Source of the DNA: an uncultured Verrucomicrobia subdivision 3 bacterium
GTDB lineage: Bacteria; Verrucomicrobiota; Verrucomicrobiia; Limisphaerales; UBA11358
DNA: 64,000 bases
NCBI GenBank assembly: GCA_903918885.1
Contig: CAIXFY010000030.1
Coordinates: forward strand, 39,324 to 103,323
Direction: 5' to 3'
Positions 18,775 through 28,014 of the stretch are shown here, in pieces (position 1 is the stretch's first letter; the number at the start of each line of letters is the position of its first letter). The notes below the pieces were generated by a model that made no database searches, was not told the origin of the DNA, and saw only the letters and a program-made list of their open reading frames with translations. The position numbers and the translations under genes were made by a program.

Positions 18775-20166
18775 CTAGCCAACGGTTCGATTTTTGTCGA
18801 ATTGAATCCCGGTTCCTGCAACCGCCGAACCCATGAGTGTGAACGCCACCCACGCGGTTGCTGGGATATATAAGCCGAATTCTCCCAGTCCCTGGAGAAA
18901 CCAAGCGAGCAGTCCCATGAATATGGCAAAGGCGATTAAATTTTCCTTTTGCCATGCTCTTGCGCCGACCGCCGCCAAAGCCAGCGCAATCCACACGGCA
19001 TAGCTGATGCCGCCGATGAGACCGGAATCGGAAAACTGTTCGAGGTAATCATTGTGTGTCAGCCGCGCCATTTCGGATTCAAGTGCTTTGATGTGCGCAT
19101 AAGGCCGCTGAAAAGTTCCCGGGCCGGTGCCAAAAAATGGTTGCGCCGCCGTCGTCTGCACCGCCGCGCGCCAATAATCCAAGCGGGCGCCAGCGCTAGT
19201 GGCTCCGCTGGCGAAATACTGGTGAAAGCGGACGGAAAAGATCCCCAGTCCCAAAATCAACACTGCCGCCACTGCGACAAATTTTATTTTTTTTGCCCAA
19301 TCCAGCCGTATTAAAAATAGTCCGCAAATTACGATGCCAATGAGCCAGCCGAGTTTGGATCCGCTCCAATAGAACGCTGCGCCGCCCAGAAAAACCACCA
19401 GCGCAATTACTGCGCTGCGAATGGCGGGTTTGAGATTTTTTGTCGCGCCGAATGCCAGCGCGAGCGACACCGGCCAGAGGAGTAGGATGATTCCTGCCAA
19501 CGCGTTCGGATAGACCAGCGTGCCGGAAACACGTCCCTTTTGGAATTTGGCCAAGATGAGCGGATTCGCCACCTCAGTGCCGTTGGTGTTGATAATAATG
19601 CCATCAAGCTTCATGGTGCTAACGGCTTGTGGCGGATAATTCGTCCAGCCGCAGCGCTCGCCTTCGGTCAAAAACTGAAGACTCTGCGGATACTCAAACA
19701 ATTTTTGGTCCACCGCACGGATCAGGCAGAAAGTGAATGCGGCCAGCACCCCGACCAACAGCCAGTGCGTCAAATTTTTGTTGGCAAAGAAAAAAATGCC
19801 GAGAAAATAACAGGCCACGCAGCCGGAAAATTGCCAGAGTGTCGCCGCCGTCAATTCAGCATCCACGGTTTGGGTCGCGGAAACAAACTGCCAGCCGAGC
19901 CAGAGTAACGGCAGCCGCCAGAGCCATTTTGAGCGCGGCCAGCAAAACTTCTGCTGAACAACGAGCCATCCGCCAATAATTGCCAGCGGCAAAAAAATCC
20001 AATTTGCCCAGTGTAACGGCCATGGTTCATCGAGAAATTCCGACAGCGTGACTGGCGCGGTAATTTTGTGGTCGAGGATTACGGGGTTGCCAAATTTCCA
20101 GATGCAGAGGCCGAGAAAAAGTCCGAATGCGAGCGCGTAAGTTTTCGTCGCGGTGAATTTTTTCAT
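18775..20166 (-). CDS. O-antigen ligase (Wzy_C/WaaL)-like polytopic membrane protein
   Basis: About 11 TM helices. Periplasmic loop motif RLTHNDYLEQFSDSGLIGG, typical of the O-antigen ligase domain. Confidence 0.7.
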   Translation of the reverse strand: MKKFTATKTYALAFGLFLGLCIWKFGNPVILDHKITAPVTLSEFLDEPWPLHWANWIFLPLAIIGGWLVVQQKFCWPRSKWLWRLPLLWLGWQFVSATQTVDAELTAATLWQFSGCVACYFLGIFFFANKNLTHWLLVGVLAAFTFCLIRAVDQKLFEYPQSLQFLTEGERCGWTNYPPQAVSTMKLDGIIINTNGTEVANPLILAKFQKGRVSGTLVYPNALAGIILLLWPVSLALAFGATKNLKPAIRSAVIALVVFLGGAAFYWSGSKLGWLIGIVICGLFLIRLDWAKKIKFVAVAAVLILGLGIFSVRFHQYFASGATSAGARLDYWRAAVQTTAAQPFFGTGPGTFQRPYAHIKALESEMARLTHNDYLEQFSDSGLIGGISYAVWIALALAAVGARAWQKENLIAFAIFMGLLAWFLQGLGEFGLYIPATAWVAFTLMGSAVAGTGIQFDKNRTVG

Positions 20167-20170
20167 CGCG

Positions 20171-21196
20171 TCAGATCTGCAATTTCAGCAGGCCAACTTC
20201 GAGTGCGAGCGCCTCCTGCACATTGCCGTGAAGCAGTCGCTGAGTTTGTTCCAGCACGGCAAGATTCTCTTGTGCCTGCTTGGTTGAAATGCGTCCGGCG
20301 ACTTCATCCGCACCGGCGATTTGCGGCAGGTGCAGCAATTCCTCGCCCGCCGCGAGCGTGTGCAGCCAGACATCGCGCAACCACCATTGCAGCAGCAGCA
20401 AAACTTCGGCGCGCTGGCGGCGATATTCGGCCTCGATGCCGGCGATCAGTTCGTCCTCCCATTTTTGGCGCAGGTTTTTCTCCGCGTCGTCGTATTTTTC
20501 CAGCGGCGAACGCGCGGTCAAGGTTTCATCCACTTTTTCGCGGATGGCGTTGAGGTGTTGCAGGAGCGAATCCAGTAACCGATAGCGACCGAATAGACTT
20601 TTTTGCTCCGTGGCGGCGGCAGAGCTGAATTGTTGTAGCCAGTAGGATTGCTCGGCGGAAAGTGTGCGCGCGGTTTCGGCGGAGAAATTCAGCCGGAGGC
20701 AGCGCGATAAAATCGTTTCCAAAATCCGCGACGGCTCGGTGGACAGGAGGATTAAAATGGATTTCTGCGGCGGCTCTTCGAGCGTTTTGAGGAACGCGTT
20801 CGCCGCTTGGACGTTCAACCGGTCGGCTCCGGAAATGACGGCGATTTTATAGCCGGCTTCCGTCGGCTTAAGCTGGATTTGTTGCATCAAATCGCGGGTT
20901 TGGTCAATGGTAATGACGCGGGATTTTGATTCCGGCCGCGCCCAGTGGACGTCGGCGTGGAGGTCGTCGGCAATTTTCCGGCAGTTCGCACATTCGTCGC
21001 AGCAGTCCGTTGGTATGCCAGAGATTTTGACCGGCTGGAGGCAATTCAGCGTTTTCGCCAGCGTGCGGGCGAGCGATTCCAATCCATCAAGTTGATGACC
21101 GGTAAAAAGATAAGCATGGCCGAGACGGCCGCGAGCCAGTGAGCGCTGCAAAAGCTGGACGCCTTGGGATTGTTCGGAAAATTGGGTGAAAGCCAT
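20171..21196 (-). CDS. holB: DNA polymerase III subunit delta'
   Basis: GRLGHAYLFTG, zinc module CDECANCRK, SGADRLN...ANAFLKTLEEPP. The ORF extends to 21244, but I prefer the ATG at 21196 (MAFTQF...). Confidence 0.8.
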   Translation of the reverse strand: MAFTQFSEQSQGVQLLQRSLARGRLGHAYLFTGHQLDGLESLARTLAKTLNCLQPVKISGIPTDCCDECANCRKIADDLHADVHWARPESKSRVITIDQTRDLMQQIQLKPTEAGYKIAVISGADRLNVQAANAFLKTLEEPPQKSILILLSTEPSRILETILSRCLRLNFSAETARTLSAEQSYWLQQFSSAAATEQKSLFGRYRLLDSLLQHLNAIREKVDETLTARSPLEKYDDAEKNLRQKWEDELIAGIEAEYRRQRAEVLLLLQWWLRDVWLHTLAAGEELLHLPQIAGADEVAGRISTKQAQENLAVLEQTQRLLHGNVQEALALEVGLLKLQI

Positions 21197-21366
21197 GCTG
21201 CGTCGTAAAGTCGGCACTTTGCAGTTTTGCTTTCTGCTGGTCAAGCAGAAGGCGTTTGGGCGTCAACCTCTGACGTGTTGAAAATGTTCCGGTTTGCATT
21301 CTCGGCCAGCCGGTTGAGCCGGTTGAAAAAAGTTGCCGTGTTATTTAACCCTGATACTCTCCGCGC

Positions 21367-22269
21367 GTGTTGATTTTCCAGAATTTTCTGATGCACCGTG
21401 TGGAATTACCCCCCAGTTTTTTTAAGGGCATTATTTTGCCGATTACCATATTGTTCTGCGTAGGTTTTTCACCCATAAATGCGGCGGCGGCGACCAATGA
21501 GGCGCCCGCTATGGATCTCAAATTGGCGGATTATCTTCAACAGGTCGTGCAGCATAACGAATCGGTGCAGGCGCAAATGCTGGAGGCGGAGGTCAACCGC
21601 CGCAAAAACCGCGCGGAACTCGGTATCTTTGAACCGCAACTGACCGCTTCCGTCACCCGTGAGGCGAATCGCCGCACCAACAACGTGCAGCAACAGGCGG
21701 CGCAGAATGGACAAGGTTTTTTTAACGAGCGAAACACCATTTATGACGCAGGAATTGATCAAGGTTTGCCGACTGGCGGGAAAATCCGGCTCGGCTACAC
21801 CTTGAGCAATCTGGGTAACAACGTGAATCCCTACGGCAGCGTTTTCACCACGACCAATGGCGTTTGGATTAAGCAATATCAGACGTTTGTCGGCGCCACG
21901 CTCGTCCAGCCCTTGTTGAAAGATGGCGGCCTGACGCCGACATTCGCCGGGCTTCGCCTTTCCGCGCTCGAATCGGAAAACGCCTTTCAGGAATATCGTC
22001 GCCAGTTGATGTTGACGGTTTTTCGTGCTGAAAGCGCCTATTGGAGTCTTTATTATTCACAGGAACAGGTTCGTTTTTTTGATCAATCGGTGGCGGTGGC
22101 GCAAAATGTTTTGGACGACAGCCGGGAAAAGCTCAAGGCTGGCACTGGCGCGGAACTTAACGTGATGGAGGCGCAGTCCGCGCTTTGTCTGGAAATTTTG
22201 ATTAATAAGCTCGGAGACTCTTGCGCCGGGGAAATTGTGTTGATTGCACAGTTCCCCCGTTTTTTTTGA
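21367..22269 (+). pseudogene. TolC-family outer membrane efflux protein, apparently truncated after the first repeat
   Basis: Signal peptide plus OEP-type helices (LADYLQQVVQHNESVQAQ..., YRRQLMLTVFRAESAYWSLY). Similarity stops near 22190 (EAQSAL), and the ORF ends in unrelated AT-rich sequence beside the tRNA-Leu 3' end. At 300 aa it is well short of the usual ~420-500. Confidence 0.5.
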
Positions 22270-22334
22270 ACTGAATAAAAAATTATCTGCCGGGAAAACC
22301 AATTCGTCCGTGAAGGAAAAAACGATTTTGTAGA

Positions 22335-22421
22335 TGGTGCCGACGGAGGGGGTCGAACCCACACATCCTTACGGATACAAGATTTTGAGTCTAGCGCGTC
22401 TGCCAATTCCGCCACATCGGC
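22335..22421 (-). tRNA. tRNA-Leu (anticodon CAA), CCA encoded
   Basis: The reverse complement reads GCCGATGTGGCGGAATTGGCAGACGCGCTAGACTCAAAATCTTGTATCCGTAAGGATGTGTGGGTTCGACCCCCTCCGTCGGCACCA. It has a 7-bp acceptor stem, a Leu-type D-arm, the anticodon loop CTCAAAA, a long variable arm and a TTCGA T-loop. There is one U-U mismatch each in the anticodon stem and the T stem. Confidence 0.8.
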
Positions 22422-22461
22422 TACCAGACGCACAATATATCATCCCGGACCGTCAGGAAAA

Positions 22462-22496
22462 GAAAAAACGCCGGTGGAAATTCCTCCGGCGTTTTG
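22462..22496 (-). terminator. rho-independent terminator of the lipoprotein operon
   Basis: Stem cgccgg (22469-22474) / ccggcg (22486-22491), extended by A/T pairs. On the minus strand it is followed by a T6 run. Confidence 0.6.
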
Positions 22497-22518
22497 TCAA
22501 AAATAGTTGGAGCAAAAA

Positions 22519-23094
22519 TTAGAATCCAACGGCTGCGCGAGTGCCTTGCTTGCCGACTTCTTTTTCGCCTTCCCAGACTTGCGTGCCCATTTTGTTATCG
22601 TTGAGCGAGAGTTGAAAACTATAGGTCACACGGCGCGTGTTACCGGCGCGATCCACGGTCTCGATGATTTTTCCGGACAGCGTAAAGTCCGGCAGGCGGG
22701 TGGCTTTCTGGTCGTTGAGGAATTCATTTTCCTGTTGGTAGCCGGTGGCTTTGGCGTCAACCGTCTTGGTGACCGCCTTGCCGCTGTGCAACATGGCGAT
22801 GCTGATTTTTTTGGTCAGCAAATCCGTATCAATCTGTTGGCTGGTGTTATTGATGATGCGGCTGATTTCGACCACGGCCGGCGGATTGGCAACCTTGTCG
22901 AGCACGCCCGACGTCAACAAATCGTTGACCGCATTGTTCGCGGCATTGGCGTAATCTTGAATATTAATCTGGTTCAGGCTGATGACCTGTTCGCGGTCAC
23001 CAGTCTGGACGTAATGGGCATCGGTGGTGGCGCAGCCGGTGAGCAGTGCAGCGCCGGCGGCCGTGATGAGTGGAAGTAGAATTTTAATTTTCAT
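22519..23094 (-). CDS. LpoB-like (COG3417-type) lipoprotein
   Basis: Lipobox LLTGC. The pattern PPAVVEISRIINNTSQQIDTDLLTKKISIAML...PDFTLSGKIIE...YSFQLSLNDNKMGTQVWEGEKEVGKQG matches the LpoB/YcfM family layout. Confidence 0.7.
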   Translation of the reverse strand: MKIKILLPLITAAGAALLTGCATTDAHYVQTGDREQVISLNQINIQDYANAANNAVNDLLTSGVLDKVANPPAVVEISRIINNTSQQIDTDLLTKKISIAMLHSGKAVTKTVDAKATGYQQENEFLNDQKATRLPDFTLSGKIIETVDRAGNTRRVTYSFQLSLNDNKMGTQVWEGEKEVGKQGTRAAVGF

Positions 23095-23112
23095 GTTTTG
23101 GTTGGTTAAAGT

Positions 23113-23535
23113 TTATTCGGCATCAATCAATTTGAGACGGAAATCCTTGCAGCCCGGATTGGGGGCGATGCTGGAAATCATTTTGCTTTCCTTGCCTTCA
23201 ATCTGGTCGGTGATGGAGGCGGAAATGACGTTGTTGACCTGCATGCCGTTCATATCGAACCACTCAAACTTGTAGCTGAAGTGGTGAATGGAGCGGGTGC
23301 GGTTGAGCAACTCGACCTGCACGCGGAGCAAACCGCCGGGCGTCATGGCGGAGTTGACGCCCACCACGTTGACATGGCGGTTGAGCGACGGGTCGGTGAC
23401 CACGCGCTGGTCGGTGACCATCGTGCGCTGGCCGTCCTTCTGGGCGTTTTCGACGGAGTTGACAGTGGTTCCGCAACCAGCCACGACGAGCGTTGCCACT
23501 GCGCAGGCGACAGGAAACAAGTTTTTAATTTTCAT
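23113..23535 (-). CDS. YcfL-like (DUF1425) lipoprotein
   Basis: Lipobox VVAGC. LLRVQVELLNRTRSIHHFSYKFEWFDMNGMQV is the characteristic YcfL beta-sandwich signature. Confidence 0.65.
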   Translation of the reverse strand: MKIKNLFPVACAVATLVVAGCGTTVNSVENAQKDGQRTMVTDQRVVTDPSLNRHVNVVGVNSAMTPGGLLRVQVELLNRTRSIHHFSYKFEWFDMNGMQVNNVISASITDQIEGKESKMISSIAPNPGCKDFRLKLIDAE

Positions 23536-25025
23536 TTCAATTTAAATTGGTTGACCAGCAACGGCGTGCTGGCGTTGATGGATTTGACATACACCACGTT
23601 CACCGCGCTGCCGGAGTTCAAAGTTGCTTGCACGTTCGTGGAGGTCAAATCAATTTTTGTTCCCCCCGCCGCTGGTGTAAGCGTGAGCGAAGCCTTCATG
23701 CCGTTGGGCGTGGCGAGATTGATCACGCCATCAGCCGGGGTAGGGAAACGGCACACTTGAAATTCCTTGGGCAGCGTGGTCCACGTGCGTGTATCCGCAA
23801 TGTTGACTGCCATTTCGTAGGCCGCAGTTGCGATTTGGGCAAACAAGCCCGCCATGTCGCCACCGGCCTGCCGGGCAGCTTCATTCGCGGCGTAGGCGGC
23901 CACGGCTTTGGTGATGGTGGCAGCAATGGTTTTGGTGATGACGATAGGCTGTTCGTTTTTGTAGTCCAGCGCCACAATGCTGTCCACGCTGGCCACCGTC
24001 TTGGTGTTGTAATTTGTTCCGTTGGCGGCCACGGTCAAAGTGGATTGAAAATTTCCCTGCGGCTTGATGGTCGGGAAAGCCGCACCTACATAGGACACGC
24101 GGGAAATGATGATGGGAATATCAATGCGCATCTGGCCGCGGATGGGCGCGCAACCGGTTTCAAAAATCACGTAGGTCATGGGCGGAATCGGCTGGGAGTT
24201 TGTGCTCATTAAGCCATCCAAAGCCGCCAGATCCTGTTTCACATAGTCGTTGTCTTCGGCAAAGCTGGCCACGCGCTCCAGCGATTTGTGGGCGCGTTCC
24301 AAATCCGAGGCGTCCGCCGCGTTGGCCATGAAATACAAGGCATCGAGATATACCGTGAACGGGTTCACATAATCGGCATAAACCTTGACGTCATTGATGT
24401 TCGTCAACGTGTTTTGCAGTTGCGCCTGAAACTTCGGATCCTGTTGTGCCTTGTCCATCTTGGCTTTTTCCTTGTCCTTTTCCGCCGCCGCCTGCGTCTT
24501 CTCAATCTCCCGCTTGTTGGCCTCCACCGCGTCCTGCTGGCGCTGGTAGGCGTGAATGATTTCTGGGCGCGCCTTGTCCGGCTGGCCGAGCGCGAGATAA
24601 TTTAGCGCCTTGTAAGTGTTCAACATGATGCCGTCGTAGGAACGGCCTTCGTAATCCAGATTGGCCTGGTTGGAAAGCAACGCGCCCGCTTCCTGACCCA
24701 CGCGCACTTTGGCTTTCTGGGCGTAGTCGTCAATTTTTTCCTGCGCGAGATCGAACGCCTTGTTGCTGTCGTCGTATTGGCCGTTGGCGCGTAGCACGGC
24801 GGCCTGCTCCAATCGCCAGATGATGGCGTCCTTGTTCTTGGCGTTTTCGTCCGCCTGCTTGGTGGCTTCGACCACGGCGTTGGTCAGGTTGCCCTGGTTC
24901 CAAAACACGACGACTTTGTTTTGCTGCTGGTAAGTCTGGCAGCCGGTGGTTAGCAATGCGGCTCCGGCGATGGGAACCACAAGTTGAATGATTTTTTTCA
25001 CGACTACTTTTCCGGTGTTGGTCAC
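23532..25025 (-). CDS. large helical lipoprotein (COG3014-like), hypothetical
   Basis: Lipobox LLTTGC. N-terminal TPR-like helices (YKALNYLALGQPDKARPEI), a charged coiled segment, and a beta-rich C-terminal half. Overlaps the ycfL-like start by 4 nt. Confidence 0.5.
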   Translation of the reverse strand: MTNTGKVVVKKIIQLVVPIAGAALLTTGCQTYQQQNKVVVFWNQGNLTNAVVEATKQADENAKNKDAIIWRLEQAAVLRANGQYDDSNKAFDLAQEKIDDYAQKAKVRVGQEAGALLSNQANLDYEGRSYDGIMLNTYKALNYLALGQPDKARPEIIHAYQRQQDAVEANKREIEKTQAAAEKDKEKAKMDKAQQDPKFQAQLQNTLTNINDVKVYADYVNPFTVYLDALYFMANAADASDLERAHKSLERVASFAEDNDYVKQDLAALDGLMSTNSQPIPPMTYVIFETGCAPIRGQMRIDIPIIISRVSYVGAAFPTIKPQGNFQSTLTVAANGTNYNTKTVASVDSIVALDYKNEQPIVITKTIAATITKAVAAYAANEAARQAGGDMAGLFAQIATAAYEMAVNIADTRTWTTLPKEFQVCRFPTPADGVINLATPNGMKASLTLTPAAGGTKIDLTSTNVQATLNSGSAVNVVYVKSINASTPLLVNQFKLK

Positions 25026-25061
25026 GTTACCCTCCTGATGGTTGTTGGTTTTGGTTTCTGA

Positions 25062-26024
25062 TTACTTTGCTTTGCGCAGCACGGCACCCTTGTCAATGCC
25101 CGTGTCTTCCAGAATTTCCGCCAGTGATGTCTTGGGATTCACCTGCGAAATTTTCACCTTGCCGACCTTGACCTCTTCGCGGCCGAGCACCTCACCGGTG
25201 TCCGGGTCCTTGAGTTCGTCGCCCTGCGCAAAAACATTGAACACGTTGCCCTCGGCCACGCCCGCGCCTTCGCCGCGATTGATGGTCACGGTATTGTCGC
25301 GCTTGATCAAAATCTTGGCCGGGAAAATAACGTCCGCCACATGCGTCGCGATTTTTTCCGCCATGTCGCGGGAGATGCCCACCATCATTTCATCGCTCAA
25401 CTGGCTGTTCTTGACCGAATAATTTTTCTCCTGCTGAATCTGCTTGAACGCGTCGTTGCCGGTCTGAAAATTCGCCGATTCAAGCAGCTTGCCCGTGGTG
25501 GAATCATAAATTTTCCCCACGATGGAAAGGCGGAACACGCGTTTGGTTGCCGACCGACCCGTGCCTTCAAACACCGCGCGCTCGAAGTAATCCTGAAAAT
25601 CATCCACCGTCGCCACCAGTAGATATTTTGCGCCCGCCAGCTTGCCAGCCTTGGCGGCGGATTTCGTGTCCACATTGCCCGAAGCGCCCAAGTCTTGCTC
25701 CGCCATGACATCCTTCAAATCGCTGCGGCTCAACACATCAAACTTGCGTGTGGCGTTGACGCGGTCAATCAACTGGCTGTCGAGCGATTCGATGATGCGG
25801 CCAAGTTCCACTCTCGTATCAAGCACAACCGACTCGTCCTTCTGGTGTGTTTCCGTTTGCGTGCTGGAACTCAACGCCGAGCCGCCAGCAACGGCCGCTG
25901 CCACGGAAACCGTGGGCTTGATGGACGAGATGGCGATGGTGGCCTTCTCCTGCGCCGAAGCGAGCAGGGGAAGCAAGGCGATGCCGCCAAGGACGAATGA
26001 GATTTTTAGCAATGATGTTTTCAT
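25062..26024 (-). CDS. CsgG/HfaB-like periplasmic protein with C-terminal SH3-like barrel
   Basis: SPase I signal (LLASAQE). ATIAISSI...LGRIIESLDSQLIDRVNATRKFDVLSRSDLKDVMAEQDLGASG...AGKLAGAKYLLVATVDDF matches the CsgG-family pattern. The C-terminus is VTINRGEGAGVAEGNVFNVF...DPDTGEVLGREEVKVGKVKI. Confidence 0.6.
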   Translation of the reverse strand: MKTSLLKISFVLGGIALLPLLASAQEKATIAISSIKPTVSVAAAVAGGSALSSSTQTETHQKDESVVLDTRVELGRIIESLDSQLIDRVNATRKFDVLSRSDLKDVMAEQDLGASGNVDTKSAAKAGKLAGAKYLLVATVDDFQDYFERAVFEGTGRSATKRVFRLSIVGKIYDSTTGKLLESANFQTGNDAFKQIQQEKNYSVKNSQLSDEMMVGISRDMAEKIATHVADVIFPAKILIKRDNTVTINRGEGAGVAEGNVFNVFAQGDELKDPDTGEVLGREEVKVGKVKISQVNPKTSLAEILEDTGIDKGAVLRKAK

Positions 26025-26059
26025 AATGAAATCAGATGATGTATTTGATTTGGTTTAAA

Positions 26060-27478
26060 TCAAAAACCTTTTTTATGGTTGCCGAAAAGATCACCTGGCC
26101 CAGTTTTTTTTTGCGAGGTATCCGGTTCAGAATCCTTCGTTTGCTTAGACTTCTCATCCGACTTCGAGTCTGACCCGGATGGGTAGGATTGAGGGGCTAC
26201 ATAAACTGGTGACGGAGTGGAATCGATTGAAGCACTCGCCCCAGGTCCGATGACTTTTTGTTCGGTGATGTTGATTTCTTTCGCGTGATCCACATTGAAG
26301 TGGCTGTTGCTGAGCATTTTGGCAAGTCCCTCAACCCGCTTGACCTCAGCATCGGTGAGTTTTCGACTCGATTCTAAGCTGACGAGAAAATCAAACGTGT
26401 CTTTCCATCTTTCATATCCAGCCTCGCTCATGTTCAACGCCACACGCAACGACTGGCCGTTGTAAATGTTGACGGTTCTTGTCCAGTCTTGAAAATCTTC
26501 GCGCGAGAGCCGGAGCTTGTGCAATCCGGGCGTTGCCTTCAATTCGCCGGGTGCGGAACCAATGGCCACCCCGTCTAATTCCACCGTCACATCAAACGGC
26601 TGCATTGTTCCCCCCGCAAAGTTCGGTCCAAAAACTTTGCCACCGGAGTCGAGTTTTAGAGAATCAATCAAAATTGGCTGCTGACGCGGATCGGTCATGG
26701 TGCAGACAATCTTGAAACTCACCAGCGCCGCCTTGGCGACCTCCGTGGGCAGCGATTTTCCGCTGGCCACAATCGCCTCGGCCAACTGGTCAGCGGCGTC
26801 ATCTAGTAATGAATTCAACGTGTCTGTGCTATCTGTTTGCAAATTTGCCGAATCGCGGGTCGTGTTTTCCGAAACAAAACTACCGCCATGCACCGCGCCG
26901 CCCAAACCGGCTTCCACGATTTTGTAGCTCACGCGCAGGCGATGCGTCACGTTCAGTGTCTGTATGTCGTTGCCTGTGTAGGATTTTTTTTCCGTGCCGT
27001 AACTCGTGATGCTCGGAATCAAAATGAAATCCGCGCCGAGATTCTGCGCGAGCCGCAAGGCCGAAGTGTTATCGCTCAAGTTCTGGTCCAATTGTGTAGT
27101 GTCTGGCGTGGCGGAAACCTTTGCTGAATCCGATTCCGCCACTTCCGTGTGCGCGGTGACGTGATCCGGTGAAAGTGTGGCCTTCGCCGTCGTGGCCGAT
27201 TTCAAATCGGCGGCAACACCCACTGAAGTATAAGTCTTGAGCGCGTTCAGAATCACATCGCGGTTGATGATGGCAAAACCCTTGCCCGCCACGCGGCTGG
27301 TGATGAGGTCTTCCAGCGCGGAAACCTTGTCGTTGAGGCTCGCGTCGGCACGGTTTTCCACGATGATGGCGACTTTGCGTTGCGTTTCCTTCGCGGCTGG
27401 CGCGGCGGACTGCGCGTGCAACCCGCCGAAGTTCAAGAGCGACGCGAATATAATAAGTGGTAGTTGAATTTTTAACAT
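26060..27478 (-). CDS. PEGA domain-containing exported protein with CsgG/LpoB-like N-terminal module
   Basis: Signal peptide. RKVAIIVENRA...LEDLITSRVAGKGFAIINRD...AQNLGADFILIPSITSY. PEGA-like block VTVELDGVAIGSAPGELKATPGLHKLRLSREDFQDW. S/K/D-rich tail. Confidence 0.6.
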   Translation of the reverse strand: MLKIQLPLIIFASLLNFGGLHAQSAAPAAKETQRKVAIIVENRADASLNDKVSALEDLITSRVAGKGFAIINRDVILNALKTYTSVGVAADLKSATTAKATLSPDHVTAHTEVAESDSAKVSATPDTTQLDQNLSDNTSALRLAQNLGADFILIPSITSYGTEKKSYTGNDIQTLNVTHRLRVSYKIVEAGLGGAVHGGSFVSENTTRDSANLQTDSTDTLNSLLDDAADQLAEAIVASGKSLPTEVAKAALVSFKIVCTMTDPRQQPILIDSLKLDSGGKVFGPNFAGGTMQPFDVTVELDGVAIGSAPGELKATPGLHKLRLSREDFQDWTRTVNIYNGQSLRVALNMSEAGYERWKDTFDFLVSLESSRKLTDAEVKRVEGLAKMLSNSHFNVDHAKEINITEQKVIGPGASASIDSTPSPVYVAPQSYPSGSDSKSDEKSKQTKDSEPDTSQKKTGPGDLFGNHKKGF

Positions 27479-27494
27479 AGGATAAGGGGTTGAA

Positions 27495-27881
27495 TTATTT
27501 ACTACTCGCCGGCGGCGGCGCGGCGTTGCCGGTGGGAGCTGGCGCGTTCACCGGCCGACCATATTCATCCACCAAGACATCGTAAGGCACTTGCACCGTG
27601 CGGCCATCCGCCGTGGTTTCCGTTTTCCACCTGCGCACCATGCGGTAACTCGGATCCAGCGCGCTGGCCGTGCCAGCAACCGTGCCTTGCACCACGCCCG
27701 CACCGAACCCGGCGACATTGCCGGCGACCACGCCGACGCCGACACCAATGGCATTACCTGCTGCCGGGCCAGGATGATAAGGACTGCCGACCGGACCTTC
27801 GCTGCGACAGCCAGTCGTAATCAGGAGTGTAAACAAACCGGAGAAGAAACCCGTGGTTAAGGCATTTTTTTCATAGCGCAC
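27495..27881 (-). CDS. glycine-zipper lipoprotein
   Basis: Lipobox ITTGC. GNAIGVGVGVVAGNVAGFGAGVVQGTVAG glycine zipper. Lies 16 nt upstream of the PEGA gene. Confidence 0.6.
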   Translation of the reverse strand: MRYEKNALTTGFFSGLFTLLITTGCRSEGPVGSPYHPGPAAGNAIGVGVGVVAGNVAGFGAGVVQGTVAGTASALDPSYRMVRRWKTETTADGRTVQVPYDVLVDEYGRPVNAPAPTGNAAPPPASSK

Positions 27882-27933
27882 CTCTCAACTTTCGATAGTG
27901 GCTAATTCTTGCGGTGGTGGGCGGATACTTACA

Positions 27934-27977
27934 AGCAAAAACTAACCGCGCTGGCTTGTTTGAGAGCCGGCGCGGTT
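27934..27977 (-). terminator. putative rho-independent terminator
   Basis: Imperfect stem aaccgcgctggct / agccggcgcggtt (27944-27977). On the minus strand it is followed by agtttttgc. Confidence 0.4.
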
Positions 27978-28014
27978 GTCGAGCTTTCTGAAGAAATTTT
28001 TTGACGCGGACGCC

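Noticed and set aside
22083-22433. 116-aa ORF covering tRNA-Leu
   Set aside because: It is explained by the tRNA gene and the AT-rich scar, and shows no coding signal.
22190-22518. Integrated prophage or island at tRNA-Leu
   Set aside because: There is no integrase, no att duplication that I could spot, and no phage-like genes on either side. Only a short AT-rich scar and a truncated gene remain.
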